Shown here: positions 52,922 to 62,235 of the stretch, piece by piece
How the letters are laid out: the number at the start of each line of letters is the position of its first letter
Position numbering within the stretch: position 1 is the stretch's first letter
Origin: Octopus sinensis
Lineage: Eukaryota
DNA: 64,000 bases
Direction of reading: 5' to 3'
NCBI RefSeq assembly: GCF_006345805.1
Contig: NC_043018.1
Coordinates: forward strand, 15,562,001-15,626,000
Program-made: the position numbers and the translations under genes
Notes under the pieces: generated by a model
Database searches by the model: none
Told to the model about the DNA's origin: nothing
What the model saw: only the letters and a program-made list of their open reading frames with translations

Positions 52922-55900
52922 TAGTTGAATGAATTATTTTAGTATGGATAATTCGGTTAACCGATACCTGGGTAGCAAATTCACATCAGAAAAACACGGT
53001 TGAGGCTACATGCCAAGGGCAGAGATCACGTGCTTTTGTGTGGAAATTTGTGTGTTTTTTTAATACAAATAAATGAAAGAATGGAGTTGAAAGACGATTT
53101 AACAAAATTCCTTTATTCTCGACATATGTTTCGAAGGCTGCATATTCCTAATTTCGAAGGACTAAGGGGTGCATTATGCCGCCTTCTCATCAGGAAAAAC
53201 AAGGAACTTATGTCAGCATCAAGATGAACAAAAACTTTTAGATGACTGCCCACACGGAGCCCATAGCGATAATAGCGAAAGTCTTTGTTCATCTTGATGC
53301 TGACATAAGTTCCTTGTTTTTCCTGATGAGAAGGCGGCATAATGCACCCCTTATTCCTTCTAAATTAGGAATATGCAGCCTTCGAAACAGATGTCGAGAA
53401 TAAAGGAATTTTGTTAAATCGTTGTTCAACTCCATTCTTTCATTTATTTATATATACATATATGTATGTATTTTTGTCTGTACATGTGTCCATGAATGAA
53501 TGTGTGTTCATGGTTCATATTTGTGTATGCATGTGTTTTTAATTCAGTATACATGTAATTGTATATTATTCTCTGTTCATATCTGTGTGCTTGCATAACT
53601 TTAACCCTTTAGCATTTAAGCCAGCCATGTCCAACCCAACTATTCTACCTCTTTTTTTATTCAAACTGGCCAGATCCAGCCACTTACACTTACCTTACAA
53701 TGTCATTGTAGAAATATATTCAACCACTGAGCAACCCATAAAAATATAAATAACAATACATCCATACAATGCAAACTCTCAAATCACACCCTACCTTCTT
53801 TAAAAATAAGAAGTCTCCATCGGATAGGATAGATCTGGCAATATTATGTTTGAAAAAAAATGTATGAGAAAGGATGGTCATTATTGGAATGCTTTTGACT
53901 ATAAGTATTGCTCAGTCAGAGTGAATCTAGAGCTAAACAACATCAACAACTCTTCGTACACTACATGTACAGAAATGATGAGGTTCAGATTGAACCTGTG
54001 AATATCCGGTTGAACTTGTGGTGCTACTAAATTAATCAGTAATGTTCTCATTACAGAAATGTGAAAATAATGTAAATTACTCTCTTAACTTTACCCTACA
54101 GGTAATTTTGCCAACAGGAGGAGTACTAACCATTCAAATGGTTAACCGTAAGAAAGCCAGTAAGTTTATAAACGTCTGGTTTAAGGCATCTGCATTGGAT
54201 TTCCAGAATACTGAAGGTAAAGCTCTGGTTTATTCTTATCAATTATTTTTGTGTATGCTAAACTAGATAAAGCTCATGTCAAATTATAGTTAATAAAATC
54301 GTCTTAGAAAAACTTATATATGTTTGCAAAGAGGCCTTCACTTTCATCGCGACCTGGTGGTTACCGCCCGTTGACGAGGGACAACAATCCCGAAACTAGT
54401 TTGAGCGTATCACTCAGGCTTGCGAGGAAGGGATGGCCTCCCTTTGCAAATACTCCAAGGACACTGATATTGTGTCTAAAGCCAGCTAGAGACGAAGATC
54501 TCTTGGGGCTATAAAGCTACAGTAACACCCCCCTCCCCAATGTGGTTAGCCATGATAAGATGGCTTCTATACTTTACATTATTGAGCGATTACTGTTTCA
54601 ATCTGATTCTGAGATTTAATTATGCCATCTTTATAATGTTATCTTTGTAATTTAATCTCTAAATATATTAATATCACTTGTTCTTAATAAGATTATTGTT
54701 TTAGGAGACAGTTTATATATCAGCGGTTAGAGTGTGAGGTAGTGAGTTCAGTTCCTGGACCGAGCTGTGTATTGTGTTCTTGAGCAAGACACTTTATTTC
54801 ACATTGCTTCAGCACACTCAGCTGTAGAAATGAGCTACAATGTCGCTTGGGCCAAGCTGTATCAGTGTTTGTCTCCCTCAGATAACATCAGTGATGTGAA
54901 GATGGGAGCATGATATGCATGAGTGACTGCCTGTCTTCCATATACAACATTACCTGGACTTGTGCCTTGGAGAGTAAATTTCTAGGTGCAATCCCATGGT
55001 CATTCATGACTGAAAGGGGTTTTTACCTCTTTTACCTAACATCTCCTGTACAGATAAAATATTTATTTGATAACTCCATATACAGGAGTGGCTGTGTGGT
55101 AAGTAGCTTGTTTATGAACCACATGGTTCCAGGTTCATTCCCACTGCATGGCACCTTGGGGTAGTGTCTTCTACTATAGCCTCGGGCCAACCAAAGCCTT
55201 GTGAGTGGATTTGGTAGACAGAAACTGAATGAAGCCCGTCGTATATATATGTATATGTATGTGTGCATGTGTATGTTTGTGTGTCTGTGTTTGTCCCCCT
55301 CCCCCAACATCGCTTGACAACCGATGCTGGTGTGTTTATGTCCCCATAACTTAGCAGTTCGGCAAGAGAGACCAATAGAATAAGTACTAGGCTTACAAAG
55401 AATAAGTCCTGGGGTCGATTTGCTTGACTAAAAGTGGTACTCCAGCATGGCCGCAGTCAAATGATTGAAACAAGTAAAAGAGTAAAGAGTAAAAGAGTAA
55501 CCAGTTTGATCTCTGATCAGTTTGATACTTAAACAGTTTCATCTCTACAAAAAAAGACCCCTGTTGATAATTAGATATATCAAATAGATACAACACAGTG
55601 TATGTGTAAATAGGGATATCAAACAGGGGAACAATACCAGACATTCTGAAAACCAATATGGTTGAGTAAAACCAACCCCTGCACTTGTACCATATTCTAA
55701 CATTTCTGAAACAATTAAAAGGAAAGATAGGTTTCAATAGGCATGGTTGTGTGGTAAAAAAACTTGCTTCACAACCACATGGTTCCAGGTTCGGTCCTAC
55801 TGCATGGCACCTTGAGCAAGTTTCTTCTAATATAGCTTTGAGCTGACGAAAGCCTTGTGAGTGGATTTGGTAAATGGAAACTGAAACAAGCCCATCATAT

Positions 55901-55976
55901 ATATGTTTATGTTATATATTTTGGTTGTTTTGTGGAACACATTTCTACTGTCTATGAAGAAGTTGGAACCAAATAA

Positions 55977-56059
<83 letters not shown>

Positions 56060-59000
56060 AGTGTACATTGATTGCTACTTTCATTTCCAATTGTCTTAAT
56101 TATATCAATTTTCTTACATTAATAGGTTTGTGTGGCACCTTTGATCATAACACGAAGAATGATCTCTTAATGTCTGATGGACAGACATTAACAACCACTA
56201 AATCTCAACCAAATAAGTTCTCACTAAGCTGGAAGTAAGAGAAATATTTTTAATATTATGTATGCTTAAACCCATGTCAGCCAACATTGAACAGATTTAT
56301 AGTCAATCGTAGCTCCTATTATTGACCAGGAAGAAATGCCATAAAGATACTTTGTCCAACTTGCTTAACGCCTGAAAATCTTGTAGCTGCTTCTTCCTTT
56401 GTATGCAACTCATTGCTCATTTTTAAGGTACTGCTATGAGAAGATATTTGCTACTTAATGGCAATATTCCAGGGCACTGAAGGCACATGGCTCAGTGGTT
56501 AGACTATTGGGCTCACAATAGTGAGGTGGTGAGCTCAATTCTTGGACAAGGCTGTGTGTTGCGTTCTTGAACAACACACTTTATTCTACATTGCTCCAGT
56601 TCACTCAGCTGTAGAAATGAGTTGAGATGTCACTGGTGCCAAGCTGTATCAATCTTTGCCTTCCCCTTGGATAACATTGGTGGCATAGAGAAGGGAGGCG
56701 GCTATGCTTGGGCAACTGCTGGTCTTCCATAAACAACCTTGCCTGGATCTGTGTTTCAGAGAGGAACTTTCTAGGTGCAATCCCACGGTCATTCATGATC
56801 GAAGAGGGTCTTTACCCTTTTATTTATGACAGCAATAAAATAAACCTTAATGTTTTCTTCATAATAAACAAAAAGAATCTCATCTCATCTAGGTTGTCCC
56901 ATAGGATGCCCCTCATAGGGGTTTCGGTTTTGCATACTATTGGAGTCACAGGGTGCTGCTCCATTTGGTCCCACACTTTCCATCTAACTAAGAATATTAG
57001 GGTCTCATCCATTGTCTTGTATTCAAGATCCTCTGCATGACATCCTGCTAGTTCAAAGCCAGGAATCTGGTCTGTTAGGTCCTGCCGATAACTAAATCCA
57101 CACCCTGCTGCCATTGCTTCGATTTATTGTCATTAAGGTTTTGTCTGTCTCCTACCCTTCAACCTGTCTGGCCTGGTAAGACCTGCCTGAAGATTTCTCT
57201 CCTTCCAGCAGAGCACTCCAAGTCAATGGAGCACACAGGCACTTCACCACAACAAGGTACTTGTTGAATTGGCTGTTGACTACGCAGTAGTTCTTCCACC
57301 CTTTGACGGGTCTTAGTTTTCATCCCACTGGGTGCCCAACAATCACTCTCCTCACCAAGCAAGGTTGCCAGTTTAGTCACTGATGACCCGACCATGAGAT
57401 AGGTTGTACTGTGTTACATGTTACCAGTAGTGCTCAAGAGCAACCTGACATTATACAAAAAATAAACAAATTATACTTATTTATATATATATATTGGTGG
57501 CTGCCCCCTCGTTATCGAGTATGGCCATTGCACGAAGCTTAATTAATGTTGTTATCGTGCAATGCCTGTGCAAGAAGATTTGTTTTTTTAAAGTGAGGAA
57601 AGGCTGTGCACTGAGTCAATCCCACTCACTGAGGAACAGCAGCCATAATCTGAAAAGAAGAACAAGTCAACATCATCGGTAACCACAGAGCCGCAGGTTT
57701 TATGTCGGAGTTATCCCTGTTACCTGAGTTACCTTCTACTAGAAGGATGCCCTAACAAAGGCTAGGAGTCCTTCACTCCCAATGGCTTAATCGCGCGATT
57801 GGGTATTCAGTCCGATTATTTCTATGTCCCCGTGCATGATACAGCCTTAAGACATTTATTGGATGGCCGTTGACTCTCAAGAGTTCCTCCGCCCTTTGAC
57901 GGGTCTTGTTTTTCATCCCGCAGGGTGACCAATAAACACCCTCCTCACCAAGCAAGCTTGGTGGGTTTGCCAGTTTAGTCGCCGACGACCCGACCATGCA
58001 ACGAACTGGATTGGAAAGATCTTCACTCTTAAAATGTTCACTTGTGCTGATCCTTATTCATTTCATCCATGAATTCCAAACAATCAGATATTTTACTTTG
58101 CCACTTTCCTTAATCTCCTCCTTACTCATACGACCTTACTCATACAAGTTGTGGTGCACCTGAGCACTGTATACAATAATTTCATTATTAACCTTCTACT
58201 GTCAGCAAATACAAGTTTTCCATTTGTGGCTCACACTGATGGAATTATTGTTCTTTTATTCATTACCTATTATATTTGGTACCCAGCACCACCTTCAACT
58301 CATTTATGCTCCATCCAATCTATCACCCAAAATCCCAAAATCTATGCCCATTTCCTCCATTTGTAAATCCTTGTTTTTGTTAACAATCACTAAATAAGAA
58401 ATATTTTATTTTTAACAGAGTCTATGAGAAGGATTCTTTATATGATGGCTTCTGTGGAGAAACAAGTCAGAAAGATTCAGACAAAGAGATCTATTGTTCT
58501 TGTGGTCAAAAGATGCCTGCGATGTGTGGCCGTGGGTTTGATCTGATGTCCTGTGATGCTATTAATGAAAGGCTGAATGGCTCAAAAGTAGAAATTAAAA
58601 ATGGTAGAGGAAAAGGTAAATCAAATTTGTCTCTAATTTCACATTTCATCTTTTTCCTGCTCGTATTATCCCCACCAATCCTTCATCATTAATAATCACC
58701 GTTACTGAATAAAAAATGCTAAAGGTATGCAATTATTTAATATGTTTTTATGAACTTGTTTTGTTTTTGGATTTTTCACTGGTGGGCGTGGGGTGTGTGT
58801 GGGGGGGTTTCTGGAGGAAGAGTGGAGTGTTCGTGGTTTTTCCAATTCTCGAAGGTTAGTGAGATTGATGCTGTTGATATTTATCTCAAAGCATTGTAGG
58901 TCAACACCAGTGGGAAAGACAGGGTGAGGGGAGGAGAGGAGAAGAGCAGAAACAAATGAATCAGATGATGAGCTGGCGAATGAATCAAGCGGCGAGCTGG

Positions 59001-61464
59001 TTGAATCGTTAACAGGTTGGGCAAAATGCTTAGCGGTATTTCGTCTGACTTTACGTTCTGCACTGAAATTCCGCTGAGGTCGACTTTGCCTTTCATCCTT
59101 TCGGGGTTGATTAAATAAGTACCAGTTACGTACTGGGGTCGATATAATCGACTTAATCTGTTTGTCTGTCCTTGTTTGTCCCCTCTGTGTTTAGCCCCTC
59201 GTGGGCAATAAAGAAATAAGAAATGAATCAGGAATGCTCAGGTGTAGGGGTCACAAGTGTGGACAGCTGTGAAGAGAAGATGCTAGCAAAGTAGGGGTAG
59301 AAAAGGCATAGAGAGGACACAGAGTACCTGTGGGCCAGAATCTGGTTACCTGTGAATGACTTTATGTCAATCTATCGGATGGTTGTTTTCTGGATGCAGT
59401 CTACAATGTTTGTGTGTGTAGCACTAAGCAGTAGAATTGTTCCAGGCATAGAAATAAGACTCCATTGTGGAACACACCCGAGTTTTGTACTGTACCAATA
59501 TTTTATTGAGTTAAATTACATCATTATCTCTGTTTACAGCAAAAGATATTACTGAAATGCTACTTAAAGAGGCTGCTGTCACTGGGAAATGTGTTTCAGA
59601 AGATCAAAGAGAAATATTTGAAGTCAACCATAACTATACTAGTCCTGTAAGTAAAATAATATCTTGCTTATTCACCACCACTACATCATATTTCCCTCCT
59701 TTTTCTGTGTTCCTTTCTTAGGTCTGTATATATGTTTATATGTCTGTACTTATGTGTGGTGCGTGGCTTAGTGGATAGAGAATCAGGCTCACACTCATGA
59801 GGTAGTGAGTTCAATTCCTGCACTGGGCTCTTTGTTGTGTTCTTGAGCAAGACTCTTTATTTCATATTGCTCCAATTCACCCAGCTGTAGCAATGAGTTA
59901 TGATGTCACTGGTGCCAAGCTATATCAACCTTTACCTTTCTCTTGGATAACACTGTTGGCGTGGAGAGGGGAGACCGGTATGCATGGGCGACTACTGGTC
60001 TTCCATAAACAACATTGCCCGGACTTGTGCCTTGGAGGGGAACTTTCTAGGTTCAATCCCAAGCTCATTCATGACTGAAGGGGGTCTATACCAGCATGGA
60101 AAGTGGATGTTAAACGACGATGATGGATGATGGTTTATAGGTTTATATATGTGTGTGTGTGTTGGCATATAATGATGATGATGATGATCATCATCATCGT
60201 TTAACATCCGTTCTCCATGCTAGCATGGGTTGGACGGTTTGACCGGGGATCTGGGAAGCCAGTAGGCTGCACCAGGCTCCAGTCTTATCTGGAAATGTTT
60301 CTACAGCTGGATGCCCTTCCTAATGCCAACCACTCCATGAGTGTAGTGGGTGCTTTTTACATGCCACCTGCACAGATGCCAGGCGAGGCTGGCATCGGCC
60401 ACGGTCAGATTGGTGCATCTTACGTGCCACCGGCACGGAAGCCAGCAGAGGCGGCACTGGCTTCGGCCACGATTCGGATGGTGCTTTTTACGTGCCACCG
60501 ACATGGAAGCCAGTACGGAAGCTGTGTATATATAGTTGTGTATGTATGTAGGTATGTGTCTACTTACCTACCTATTAACCTCTCTCTCTCTCTCTCTCAT
60601 TCTACTCTATCACTTCTCTCTCTTTCTACTTTATCTCCTTCCACTCCCAACATGCAACTTCCTCCTCCTTCTACTCTAGCCCCTCCAGTTTCTTTCTCCT
60701 CCTTCACCAATTTCACCATCTCTCTCTCTCTCCATGTCAGCATTAACAGTGCAGTGACATTTATTTGTGCCCTCCATAAAATTAAACATCCCACTCAGTG
60801 GTCCAATGTATAAATTCCATTTGGAATAAAGAACCCTTCTTGAAAACATGAAAGCAAAGCATCAGAAATACTGCTTCAACACATCTCCTCTAATCTCATT
60901 CTCTTAGCCCCTCACTGTTAATCTCACTCTCTTAGCCCCTCACTGTTAATCCCATTCTCTTAACCCCTCACTGTTAATCCCATTCTCTTAACACCTCACT
61001 GTTAATCCCATTCTCTTAACCTCTCACTGTTAATCCCACTCTCTTAACCTCTCACTGTTAATCTCAGTCTCTTAACACCTAATGCTAATCCCACTCTCTT
61101 AGCCCCTCACTGTTAATCCCACTCTCTTAACTCCTAGTCCTACACTGCTTTATTTTTCACAGAGTTTTGAACTATTTCTTTTGGTTTCTTAATAATATTT
61201 TTATCATTTACTTCTTTCTTTTGTAGGATGTTAAATGGCCAACAGCAAGTGGAATCACAGAAGAAAATGCCCACGAGTATTGCATGGACTTCATTCGGCA
61301 GAGCAAGTCAGGCCAATATTGCGAGAAAGTTAAGGATGTGAGCTTTTCAAATGTAATAGCCTCATGCTTTGAAGATATCAAAGTAAGTTTAACTGATGTG
61401 ACTCTCCTTGTTGTCGTTACAGTTGCCATCATCATCTTTGTCATTATTTTTATCATCATTATTG

Positions 61465-61498
<34 letters not shown>

Positions 61499-62195
61499 GA
61501 CAACATTATAACTGATATTGTTAGTTTCATTCTCATTTTTCATCACTTTCATTCATTATTAATCATTATTATTGCTATATATTTACACGGAGCACACAGG
61601 ATATAAAGAATACAAACCAAAAAATATATATAAAGAGATTAATTAATTTTTAACTGAACAGCTGTTTCAAGAAGCCAAAAGTTGTGTAATAATCATATCT
61701 TGCAGGTATTATGTGCAAAAAGTCATGGGTATGCAATCAATGACCAGGAAGATAGTGCAAAGAAATCATGCTTCCCTTCTCAAGAGAAGTTTGGCTAAAG
61801 GAGGTCATTTTGTATTGCTAGCAAATATAAAGAGCTGAAGGGAGAGAGAAAGCAGAATGAAATCATAGAAGGGGGAGTAGTTAAGATATGAAATAAGAGG
61901 AAGAACAGCAATCACAACATAAGGTGAAATGATATGTCTATAAAATCTTGATCTCCAGATTAAGCAGACTTTGGAGAGTATGGCTGAAGACTGCAATGTA
62001 AATTCTTTCATTTGTTTCAGTCATTTGACTGCGGCCATGCTGGGGCACCGCCTTTTAGTCGAACAAATCGCCCCCCAGGACTTATTCTTTGTAAGCCTAG
62101 TACTTATTCTATTGGTTCCTTTTGCTGAACCAATAAGTTACGGGGAAATAAACACACCGACATCACTTGTCAAGCAATGGTGGGGGTACAAACAA

Positions 62196-62235
<40 letters not shown>

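Larger units (their letters stand above)
53067..53449. mobile_element. 172-bp-arm inverted repeat (39-nt loop), probably Penelope-like element derived, flanked by TA-rich sequence
   Basis: 53067-53238 is the near-exact reverse complement of 53278-53449; each arm carries a hammerhead. Confidence 0.7.

Noticed and set aside
61650-61790. Minus-strand GAAAC-agcu-GUU with a distant stem, resembling a long-stem hammerhead
   Set aside because: The core reads CUCUUGA rather than CUGANGA and the pairing is poor.
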